Assembly: GCA_965153285.1 (NCBI GenBank)
Contig: OZ229116.1
Origin: Podarcis tiliguerta
Taxonomy: Eukaryota
Reading direction: 5' to 3' (one strand)
DNA: 64,000 nucleotides
Position numbers and translations under genes: made by a program. Shown piece by piece: positions 11,797-22,588 of this stretch. A model generated the notes under the pieces. The model was not told the origin of the DNA, did not search any database, and worked only from the letters and a program-made list of their open reading frames with translations. Numbering within the stretch: position 1 is the stretch's first letter; the number at the start of each line of letters is the position of its first letter.

Positions 11797-12076
11797 TCCT
11801 CTTGCAGGGATATGTGCTTTATCCTTGTTTTCTGTAATCCGTTGAGCTGATGAGGAGTTTCACATTCCCATTAGGATGCAGAAGAGCTCAATGAGGCATG
11901 ATAAACAAGGCTACTGGTTGCTGCCGAATTTCTGTATTTTGCAGTGGTTTTTGTTTCTCAGCAAAACACTTTGGAAGTCCCTGTGTTCTGCTGTTTCCCA
12001 GCTCTGTGTGACTGAACAATCACATTGCAGAAGCAGCAAATCACTGGATTTTCAGCTCCACTGTGAGAACTATGTT

Positions 12077-12116
12077 GGTCAACAGCGGCACTCTGAGTCT
12101 CAGATGAGGAACTGCA
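12077..12116 (-). promoter_or_regulatory. Pcdh promoter CSE (CTCF site) of exon 2; canonical CGCT core
   Basis: Minus strand TGCAGTtcctcatctgagaCTCAGAGTGCCGCTGTTGACC. Confidence 0.85.
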
Positions 12117-12515
12117 AGAGGTGTCTTATGTCTTCAGCAAATAACATATAAGGCATTTCTTGCCGCTTTCTTGTATATGTGGGTGGCAAGCAAAACACAT
12201 AATGTCTTTTGTGATTTTGCAAAAGCAACAACCCAGAATGTATTTTTTATATTTTGTCATTACAACCCACAGTAACTCCAATTCTTTAGAGTATCAATAA
12301 CATAGAGGAGAAGCCATCACATCTCCATCTACCTGCTTATTGTGAGAAACTTGAGATAATGTTACAAAAGGCTTCCAGGACTTGCAACCTTTTTCATTTA
12401 AAGAAATATAATGTCTTCAATAAAGCTTCCTTGAGTATGGTAGAGCTATGCATTTTAAATACTTGTGATATGGTTCTACTGTAGAATAAGAATATTAATA
12501 TTTCAGTTTTGTATA

Positions 12516-12965
12516 CAGGCCTCTCCCCTCCCCATTTACGTGATATCAACCTGCACTCAACCATGTATATGTGTGGTTTTGGGAAACAATTAAATAATTC
12601 AATTCAAACCTGGAAATGCCAGAAGAGAGCTGAAATGTCCACGTGGCTCGCAAGAAAACCCTCCCTGGAGCCCAAAAGGGAGGCAATGAGGGCAGAGGAA
12701 GCCCAGAAGAGACTAGAGGCACAGAGACGCTTTGTTTAGGCTGCTCAGCTTCCTTGCCTAACAGCTGATATGTGGGGTAGCGCAGCAGCAGCCGCTTTCC
12801 CATGCATCCTGCAGCCTCCTGCCAGCCCCATAACTTCAATTCTAGTTGTGGATACTTTTGGATACAGTAGGGTGTTTGGAGGGGGGGGGGGGCACTTTAT
12901 GCGATTTCAGTTATGCCTGCAGGGGTCAAGAACATAACCCCTGTGTAAGTGGAGGGAGACACCTG
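12516..12965. mobile_element. Tc1/mariner (Tigger/pogo-like) MITE, diverged
   Basis: TA flanks; imperfect TIRs CAGGCCTCTCCCCTCCCATTTAC vs reverse complement CAGGTGTCTCCCTCCACTTAC. Confidence 0.65.
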
Positions 12966-13863
12966 TATTTTTCAGAACTATTCCAGATGTTACACATCAT
13001 GAATCTTTGATTTGCTACAGATGTATGTATGACATTCAGTTAAATCTGGTTGATTTGCATGTAGAGTATCTGTTTGACACACACTTACAGATATGTGTTT
13101 ATTGACAGCTTCTTGCCAATGTTCCCCACATCTTTTTGTCAGTCAGTGACCTTTAGGGACTATGTACCTAGTTACTTTGGCATATGTATCTGCTTACTGC
13201 AACATTTATGAAGTGCTAGTGGTGAGTGAATTTAAGAAACCTGAGCTATGTTATTCTGTCAACTTCTTACAATAAGTATTTAGGTAGACTTGCTAGACGC
13301 ACATGGATTAGTAACGTATTTCCAGCTACTAAGAATGCTGCAGGTTTATTGACCTGCAGTCCTTCAGTGAGAATGAGAATAAGGTCAGGCTTAGCCTAAC
13401 AGATATATCTGCCCACCAGCCTGTCCATGAACATATAACCTGTCTTCCATCCTTAGCACTTGTTCCTTTATCTGCAGCCCATCTAGGAGACCTTCTGCCG
13501 CTGGTCCTTGCTTGCTTGATTTGGCCGAGATTTCACCAAATTTTAATTTACCACTATAGCCCTAACATGTGACATAATTATAATGGTGATTGTCTGGCAC
13601 CATTTAATTTTGTTAACTAATATAAGCTTCGCTCTACAAAAAGAAAAAGAAAAAAAGTTGTTGATATTGCAAACTTGGCTACAAAATAATCTTTCTGAGA
13701 GCAACCTAAAATAAAGAATATTCTACACCCTCTTAATTGCCAAATGCTGAAAGGTATATAGCAGCTAGAGTAAGCTACATGTAAACAATTAAAATTTCCA
13801 TTATAGTTATGGTTAAAAATTATTGAAAATACAGCACAAATAATTTTTGAAAAGAAAATTTAC

Positions 13864-16284
13864 CTTGTCATTATTAACTTTGTCCAAATGCAAATTGCTT
13901 TCATTTCTCCCTGTGAAAGGAACATCGGATTTCTCACCATCTGAACATTGTTCTGCCATCTGAACATTGGGTGTCAGGAAGGCAAACTCATTCTTCCTGG
14001 TCTCAGAAGACAGACACAGCTGGTAGGAATAGGGCAAAGTCCCATCTTCAAAGTTGGGTGGGAAGATGGCACCATTCTTGGAATGGGGAACAGGACCAAA
14101 GCACTGTAGGAACCTGGGATGCCCCGAGTGACGGAGCTTCATTGTAACGGCCAGAATCACAGTCAAGAGGAACAAGAAGGAGATCACAGCTAAGGCCAGC
14201 ACCAAGTAGAACTGCAGGTCAGACTGATACTCCGAGCTGATGGGTTGGCTCTTCATTTCCGGAAGGGCCTCCTGAAAGTTCTCAGCAAACACCAGGTTCA
14301 GAGTCATGGTGGCCGAGAGAGACGGCTGCCCATTATCCTTCACCATAATGACCAGTCTCTGTTTCACAGCATCTCTCTCCACAAAGGCCCTGGCTGTCCT
14401 GATCTCTCCAGTATGAGAACCAACCGTGAAGAGTGCCGGCTCAGTGGCCTGAGTCAGGTGGTAGGAGAGCCAGGCGTTGTGTCCAGAATCTGCATCCACG
14501 GCCACCACTTTGGTGACAAGATAATCTGCCTCGGCCGAACGAGGCACCATCTCAAACGAGGCTGAGCCCTTGGCTTCTTGTGAGGGGGACAGGATACGAG
14601 GGCTGTTATCATTCCTGTCAAGAACAAACACCCTGACGCTCACATTGCTGCTGAGAGGCGGAGAACCCCCATCTTGGGCCTTCACTTGCAGCCGGAACTC
14701 TCTGAATTGTTCATAGTCAAAGGATCTCTGGGCATAGATGGTGCCGGTCTCAGAATTAATGGAGATATAGGAGGAGATGGGAAGCTCCTCAATGTTGCTG
14801 TTGAGGATGGAGTATGTGATCCGTGAGTTCTGATCCATATCGGGATCAGAAGCTTTGATGGTGAAAATGGAGGCACCTGAAGGATTGTTTTCTGGCACAT
14901 AGATGTTGTAGGATGGCTTCTGAAAGGTAGGGGCATTATCATTGATATCAGCAATCAAAAGTGTGATAGATTTATGTGAGGAGAGAGGGGGAGTGCCATT
15001 GTCAGAGGCTGTTACTGAGATATTGTACTCTAGAGCTCTTTCTCTGTCAAGTGGACTATCTGTCAGGAGCTTGTAGTAATTGTTAGATGAGGGAAGAATT
15101 CTGAAGGGCAAATCATCCTGTAAATAGCAAGTGACCTTTCCATTATCTCCACTATCTTTGTCATTCAAATTGATCAGAGCTATTAAGGTACCAGGCAGAG
15201 AATCTTCAGAGACTGGGCTAAACAAGGAAACCAGGGTTACCTCGGGGTAATTGTCATTCTCATCAATAACTCTTATTTCAACTTTACAATGTGTCTCTAA
15301 CCCACCCCCATCTTTTGCTGCAACTGTCAAAGTGTATTCTTTGGTTTCCTCAAAATCCAGTAGCCCTATAAGTAGGATTGAGCCATTCAAAGGATCTAGA
15401 CTGAATTTATTGTTGGCATTCAGTGGTATATTGCTAAAATGATACCTGATTTGGGCGTATGAACCTTCATCATTATCAGAAGCTGTAACCTGGAGCACAA
15501 GCGATCCAACTGCAACACTTTCCCTCAAACTGACCTTGTACACTTCTTGTGTGAAAACTGGGGGGTTGTCATTGGCATCTGTGACATTAATCCATATCTG
15601 GGCAGTCCCAGTTTTTCTAGGTTCACCCCCATCCAACGCTGTGAGGATCAAGTGAAGGGTCTGTTCGGTCTCTCGATCTAATGGTTTCTGCAGCACTAAA
15701 TCTGCAAATTTATTTCCATCATGAGTCTCCTTAACATCCAAAGTCAAATATTTATTAGAGCTCAGCTGGTAATTCTGGAGCGAATTCATCCCTATGTCAG
15801 GATCTTCAGCTTTCCCAAGGAGAAATCTGGTGCCTGGCAAAGTGGATTCCACAATCTCTAAGTTGATATTAATTTTCAAAAAATGCGGAGTATTGTCATT
15901 AATATCCTGAATTTCCACAGTTATATGGAAAACATTTAAGGGATTTTCAATCACCACCTCAAAATTAACCAGGCAGAGTGGAGTTTTGTCACATATTTCC
16001 TCTCGATCTATTCTGTCATTTACATAGAGGTTTCCATTTTCTGCATTGATATTGAAATACTGCATTTTATTTACAGAGACAGCATGCAGATTGCGCCTTC
16101 CTAGATCTCTGGCATTCAGTCCCAAATCCTTGGCAAGATTTCCCACAATCGAACCCTTTGCCATCTCCTCAGGAATGGAATAGCGAATCTGCTCTGAGGC
16201 AGCCCAGCCGGAGAAAGGCAAAAATAAGAGAAGCAGTACTTGCCTTCTGAATGCCTTGCCATCCTCTTCCTTCCTTCTGTCCAT
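13864..16284 (-). CDS. PCDHGB: Protocadherin gamma-B-like variable exon (807 codons; exon 3)
   Basis: True start MDRRKEE at 16284 by homology with exon 1 (the ORF-track start at 16350 is non-ATG); donor AAG|GTAAAT at 13864/13863. Confidence 0.95.
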
Positions 16285-16517
16285 TCTGTTTTCTGATAAA
16301 ACACTTTTCCAGCTTGCTTTGAACAGGTTTCTCAGCAGAACAAGAGACAAACCCGTTAGACAGAATAATTTCGCTTTTTCTTAGTGTATTTAAACCAGTA
16401 GTATTTTCAGCTTCTCAGCTAGACTGTCCTTCCTTTGTGCTCTGCTGTTTCCATTATCTGTGCAGTTGCTTTGAGGTATCACAGTATAGGAAGTATCTGT
16501 GGATCTGCATCTAGACT

Positions 16518-16557
16518 GGCTAACAGTGACACTACGAGGTTTAGACAGAGAACTGCA
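16518..16557 (-). promoter_or_regulatory. Pcdh promoter CSE of exon 3; CACT core
   Basis: Minus strand TGCAGTtctctgtctaaaCCTCGTAGTGTCACTGTTAGCC. Confidence 0.8.
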
Positions 16558-16936
16558 TGAGATGCAATCCCAGTTAATGTGAATAAATAGAGATTTTGAT
16601 TTGGATTGCATACCAATATAAGCCATAGTTTATTTTAAGTTAACTGAACAAGGCACCCCCTGAAGTGTGACCTAGTGGTTTTATTCAATATTAATTGTAC
16701 AGGTGTAGAAATCTTTTGAAAATTGTTTTTGGAGTCACTTAAACTTTGTATTTTTTCTTTCCTTTTTTTTAATACCAGTTCAATAGCGTCAGGCTGGGAC
16801 AGTGTTTATAAATCTGTATATTAAATAAATAAAACAAATGAACATGCCTCCTAGCTCTACTGCAGCTTTCTCATGTCCTTGCAGGTGCCACACATGGCAC
16901 AAAGAAGCCATTCTGTGGCGTGTTGTGTTGTATGGA

Positions 16937-17083
16937 TCTGGGATAGCTAAGTTAGTAGAGCATAAGACTCTTAATCTTAGGGTCATGGGTTTGAGCCCCA
17001 CATTGGGCAAAAAATTACTGCATTGCAGGGGTTTGGACTAGATGACCCTCATTGTCCCTTCCAACTCAACAATTATATGATTC
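16937..17083 (+). mobile_element. tRNA-Lys(CTT)-derived SINE with CR1-type 3' tail
   Basis: Head ggatagctaagttagtagagcataagactCTTaatcttagggtcatgggtttgagccccacattgggc is a mutated tRNA-Lys(CTT); the tail matches the CR1 3' end at 34760-34838. Confidence 0.8.
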
Positions 17084-18837
17084 ACAGAAGCCATGAGTGG
17101 TAAGACAATAACAAGTTTAGAAGATACGTTGGCTTCACACAACAAATCTTACTATGGCTTGCTTGTGCTGCTCATAGTGCCCACAGCGGCAGGAGTAAGC
17201 CATGATTTAAAACAAACTATGGCTTAGCATGATGTGCAAAGCAGCATATTATGTAGATATGTATATTTTAGGTCTGGATCAATGGGGCGCAAAACAGATG
17301 ACTGCCTAGGGCAGTTTGCAATCTAAGACATCTCCTCAACTATCTTCTGAACAGATGAAACAAATAGTACAAGATGTTTGCCACTTTAAAACCTGGCAAC
17401 GTTGACCTGCGTGCTCAGTATTGTATTAACATTCCTATTGTTGTTGTGTGTTTTTAATTCACATGAAAAATATATAACATAGGTGCCCATTCAACTAATG
17501 TTTTAGATGCAAATGATTGTGATTTCAGTCAAATCCATGCATGTGTATTTGTTGTTTTATATGAAAGCAATGAATCTTGCATCCAACCCTTGCATCAGAG
17601 TTCTGAGATGGACTACAAATGCAATAAATATACTCAACAACTGAATAAAAGAATAAACAAGAACTGGAAGTGTAAATGTGTTTCCATAGTGAAATATGAA
17701 GATGACACAATTTCATTAGAAGCAGATCAAATGAAGATTAGAAATCACAGAATAGTGTAGTGTGGTAAAATAAGGACGGTGTGTTTTTCCTGTTTGTAAG
17801 CAAGAGGTTTCCTGCTCATATGGAAGAACTACATGTCACTGTGGAGGGCGGTAAATGCACTTCCATCAGACTCTTTATTCTACACAATGTCTCCCACCAA
17901 CATTTCCTAGTTGTCTAAAGTAAAGTTTTGATACACATTGGCACTGTCTATAAAACTTCCAAAACCAAATTTGGATACGCTTTCTCATCTTTACAGTCAC
18001 ATTTTTCTTAGAACATCTCTCCTCCACCAAAGACAACAACAAAATTATAGTAAGGGGAAGGGCAAATCACATTACCCTGGTATCTCCCTAATTACAGAAC
18101 TCTGGTTTTATTCTGAAGATCTTTTGGTCTCATGGCATTTGGTCTCATGGCAATGTCCCTACATTGCATGGTCAGATAATAATGCTTCATAGGGCTTACA
18201 GAGCACAAAGGTAAAGAAAAACAAAGCAACTATCTTGTGAAGAGTTGTAAGATTTGAAGATAAGAGTAGAGAATCTGAACATGCCCCAGCATTGTTACTA
18301 CTGCTACTGTTAATGCACAATTAGATGTCACAGGCTCCAACGAAAAGCAGCAGTCCCCCCCCCCAAATATATTGTTATGAGTTTGTGGGTGCCAGACTCC
18401 CCTAAATTCCTGGACCCAACACAGGTTAAAATGTAATACAGGTGAGCTTCCTTATGAAGTAATCACCTGGAAGATGAGCCATTAAGAAAGAACAAAGGAA
18501 CGGCAATGGGCCATTAAGAAAGCAAAAGCTCTGGGCCAGAGGGCAATTGGGTGGGCACCTCCCCTCCCTCAACTCAGATTTAGAAGACAAAGCCAGAGTT
18601 CTACAGTAGAGTTTAGGACTGGAGTGGAATGACACAAGGCAGGGAGGCTGGTATGGATCTTCCCTATTCCATCTAGTTTTGATAGTCTTAAAAAAATTAA
18701 AAACCACCTCCTCATTCAGTGTTCAAAATCTGGAAGGAAAGGGGGCCCTTAATTAATCACACGTCACCACTCCTTCACTCCCAGAAAAATTAGTCAGATA
18801 ACACCCACACCCATAGAACTAAAACAGTACTAACAGA

Positions 18838-18976
18838 ATAACTGAAGAAGTGTGTGCATGCACACGAAAGCGCATACCAATAACAAACTTAGTTGGTCTC
18901 TAAGATGCTACTGGAAGGAAATTTTTTTTATTTTGTTTTGACTATGGCGGACCAACACGGCTACCTAACTGTAACT
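18838..18976 (+). mobile_element. Short Penelope-like element remnant starting with a degenerate minimal hammerhead ribozyme core
   Basis: CTGAAGA-a-gt-GTGTGC-at-GCACAC-GAAA-gcgc-atacc at 18842-18878; flanked by 12-bp direct repeat AGTACTAACAGA (18826-18837, 18977-18988). Confidence 0.7.
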
Positions 18977-19048
18977 AGTACTAACAGAGCCATCACAAAA
19001 GGTAACAAACCTGACTGCAAAATCAGATGCTCAATAAAGAGACATTGT

Positions 19049-19301
19049 TAGGACTGGCCAATGTATTGATACATAGCCCAGGACGGGTTTGAGAGCCAGA
19101 GCACAAAGGTACCTTCACCTGGTGGTATATATGGCACCTTTACCAGATATACTGAGGCAGTTTCACCCCAGTGCCTCACATGGCTAGGCCTAATGCAGCT
19201 CGTTCCTCGCTCCGCTTTTCAACATTGCAATGTATCACTATATTGCAATGTCTGGTTGGTGATACATGGCTATGTTGAAAAGCTGGTAACGCCCAACCCT
19301 A
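19049..19301. mobile_element. Non-autonomous hAT DNA transposon (MITE)
   Basis: Imperfect TIRs TAGGACTGGCC / GCCCAACCCTA; perfect 8-bp TSD GACATTGT at 19041-19048 and 19302-19309. Confidence 0.8.
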
Positions 19302-19359
19302 GACATTGTATCACCTCCACGTAAGCTTTGTACAAGCAAATCAGATTGAAGAAAGGCAT

Positions 19360-19429
19360 GGATTTTTAATCTTTGTTGGAAGCCGCCCAGAGTGGCTGGG
19401 AAAACCCAGCCAGGTGGGTGGGGTATGTA

Positions 19430-19507
<78 letters not shown>
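19360..19507 (+). mobile_element. L2-type LINE extreme 3' end with (AAAT)n(ATT)n tail
   Basis: ttgttggaagccgcccagagtggctggg is the reverse complement of the 3' UTR at 6075-6105. Confidence 0.7.
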
Positions 19508-19511
19508 GAGA

Positions 19512-19740
19512 CAGTAACAGTTATTAGGAATTTCTGCAGCTGTGAACCTTGAGCGCAAATAACACAAGAGGAAAGTTAAGAACATGAAACAAAGCCCACT
19601 CCAATAACCAGGTAGGATAAGGATCAGCAGGAGCTAAGGTGCTGCTCAGATCTGAAAGGGTGGCAGGGATGGTGTCAGCCAGCAACATAGTCACAGGGGC
19701 TGAAACAGAGAGAGGTGGCTGCCAGTAGTCTTATCCTAAG
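19512..19740 (-). pseudogene. Relic fragment of a gamma-A variable exon (end of EC6, TM, start of cytoplasmic domain)
   Basis: Aligns with 31500-31742, e.g. gcagggatggtgtcagccagca and gctgaa(a/g)cagagagaggtggctgcc, with several indels. Confidence 0.85.
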
Positions 19741-19953
19741 ATGATTTATTTAAAATATGTCCTAAATTTAAATACAGTATTTATTTGAAACAATAAAGTA
19801 ATTGCTTCATTATATATTGAACCCAAAACACCCTATTTCTTTACATCTTTGTGATAAAAAGCATAAACAGGCTTTCTCTAGGTTTTGTCATGCAATAATA
19901 TAATATTGAATATTGAATAGAGGAAACCAAAGTCTTGACATTTATGTACTCAC

Positions 19954-22377
19954 CTGATGGATTGCTGCCTCCTCCGAAACTGTGTTAGAATCACCTATAA
20001 CTAACAAAGGGCCTGGCTTATCAGGAGCCTGTTGTGGTGTCAGAGTATTGGTACAACTTCCGATTGGAAAAAGGATTTGACTTTTCCGAGAGCCTGAAGT
20101 CAGTGAAACCTCATGACAATAAGACTGAAGAAATGCTCGGACTCCATCAATCCCCACAAACTGGGATATGGGAGCACCATCAAAATGCACACTTCCATTG
20201 TCACATAGCTGAGAATTTTTCCACCTGCGAAGTTTGAGTGCCAGTAACACAAGGAGGAAGGCAAGGAACAAGCAGGAGACAAAAGCCACTGCAGTCACCA
20301 AGTAGAAGGTGAGATCTGACTGTGGGTCTTCAGATACTGGGACACTGCTCAGATCAGTCAGCATGTCAGGGATGCTGTCAGCCAAGACCACAGTGACAGT
20401 GACTGACGCCGACATTGGAGGCTGCCCATTGTCCTTGACTAAAACCACCAGGCTTTGCTTGAGGGCATCTTTCTCCAAAAAGAAGCGGGCCGTCCTGATC
20501 TCTCCCGTGTGGAGCCCCAGAGTGAAGAGCCCTGGCTCGGTAGCCTTGATCAGCTGGTAGGAGAGCCAGGCATTCTGGCCAGAGTCCGCATCCACGGCCA
20601 CCACCTTAGTGACCAGGTAGCCTGGCTCTGAGGAGTGAGGGGCAAGCTCTATCCCCGTGGAGCCGTCGGTGGGAGGGGAGGGGTACAGGATTTGGGGAGC
20701 GTTGTCATTCTGGTCCAGGATGAAAAGAGTCACTGAGACGTTGGAGCTGAGTGGTGGAGAGCCTCCATCCTGAGCCTTGACTAGGAACTTAATTTCCTGA
20801 AACTCTTCATAATCAAAGGAGCTCAAGGCATAAACAACCCCAGTTTCAGAGTTAATGGAGAGGTATGAGGAGAGAGGGGGTGTACTGATCTGACTTTCAG
20901 TGATGGAATATACTATTCTGGAATTCTCTTCCCAGTCTGGATCACTTGCTTTCAGAGAAAAGACTGAGGCACCTCTTGGATTATTTTCTAGGAGATAAGA
21001 GGTGTAGGCTGACTGTAAAAAGACTGGGGGGTTGTCATTTGTGTCTAACAGCTGCAGTGAAATAATTGCAGAGGTTGATAATGTTGGAGTACCATTATCA
21101 GTTGCTGTAATAGTGATATTATAGGTCGCCACTTGTTCTCTATCAAGGGCTCTGTCAGTCACTAAAGTGTAAAAGCTCTCCATTGTTTTCTTTAGTTGGA
21201 AAGGCAGATTATTGGGAATTGAGCATATAACCTCCCCATTGACTCCCGAATCTCTGTCTTGGACATTTAAAATGGCAATGACAGTTCCAGTTCGTGAATT
21301 CTCAGGGACAGAGTTGAGTTCAAAAGTTATTGTTATTTCAGGTGCGTTGTCATTCATGTCTGTAACAAGGATCACAACCTTTGATCTGTCACTTAGACCG
21401 CCCCCATCCATGGCTTGCACCTCAAATTCATATAAGGATGATTCCTCAAAATCAAGATTCCCAGTAAGGATGATTTCGCCAGTTGTGGAATTTAACAGAA
21501 ACATTTGGGAGTCCCTTTGCGTGATTTTTTGGATAGAGTATTTTATGTCTCCATGGATTCCTTCATCCATATCAGTGGCTTGCACCGTACAAAGTGTGGA
21601 CCCCTTGGGAATATTCTCACTGACACTCACTTCATAAAGAGGTTGACTGAAAACAGGTGCATTGTCATTTGCATCAAGAACAATGATGTGGATTTGTACT
21701 GTGCCAGACCTGATGGGATCACCTCCATCAGTAGCTGTGAGGAGTAGATCGTAATCTGATTGCTCTTCCCTGTCCAGAGGCTTTTCCAATACCAGCTCTG
21801 CATGTCTTGCCCCATTTTCTCCCATTTGAACATCCAGAGAAAAATGGCTACTGCCTGTGAGTTGGTAGCTCTGTATAGAATTTATCCCCAGATCTGGATC
21901 CTGAGCTTCAGGAAGAGGGAAGTGGGATCCAGGTGTAGACAATTCACTGATTTTTAGTTCCCATCCCTTCAGCAGAAAGAAGGGAGCATTATCATTTATA
22001 TCCATGATTTCTACTTCAATGACATAAAGCTTTAAGTTGCTCTCAGCAATAACTTGAAACTTTAAGATGCACATTTCTGCCCTTCCACAGATTTTCTCTC
22101 TGTCTATTCTCTCAGAGGTTTGTAAATGGCCAGTATTGAAATTCAGTTCAAAATACTGAATCATACCTGTGCTAGTTACAATGCGGAGTCCATGGTCCAA
22201 AAGCTGCTTCCGATCTATCCCCAGGTCCTTTGCAATATTCCCCACAAATGAGCTTTTCTGCATCTCCTCTGGAATGGAGTAGTGGATCTGTCCAGAAACT
22301 GCCTTCCAAATATTCACCATTACAAGGCATTGTATGATTATTTCTTTGTAACTCCAAGGCCTCTGTTTTTCTTCCAT
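19954..22377 (-). CDS. PCDHGA: Protocadherin gamma-A-like variable exon (808 codons; exon 4)
   Basis: Gamma-A signatures [50 protein letters not shown]; donor CAG|GTGAGT at 19954/19953. Confidence 0.95.
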
Positions 22378-22549
22378 TTCCTTCCACGAAAAAGAATACT
22401 ACTAGTTCTTGTTCAAAGAGCTTTTATCTGTCCTTTTTTATTTTTAAAGCAAAACCTGCATCATTTTGTTCCCTGAACTGTCAGTTCCATTCCAGCCTAT
22501 CTGCAAGAATGGGCAGGCTGGATCGCTCCATGTGTTAGTCCGCTGGATT

Positions 22550-22588
22550 GGTGAACAGCGACACCCAGAGTCACAGTGAGAAAACGCA
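22550..22588 (-). promoter_or_regulatory. Pcdh promoter CSE of exon 4; canonical CGCT core
   Basis: Minus strand TGCGTTttctcactgtgaCTCTGGGTGTCGCTGTTCACC, immediately followed by a CCAAT. Confidence 0.85.

Noticed and set aside
16285-16350. 22-aa N-terminal extension of exon 3
   Set aside because: Non-ATG start; homology with exon 1 places the start at 16284
16651-16670. Extra CTCF-like core (minus strand CTTCAGGGGGTGCC) ~100 bp upstream of the exon 3 CSE
   Set aside because: Partial match only, with no upstream module and no counterpart at the other promoters
16937-17010. Functional tRNA-Lys gene
   Set aside because: Mutated B box (GGTTTGAG) and stems, and fused to a CR1 tail, so it is a SINE
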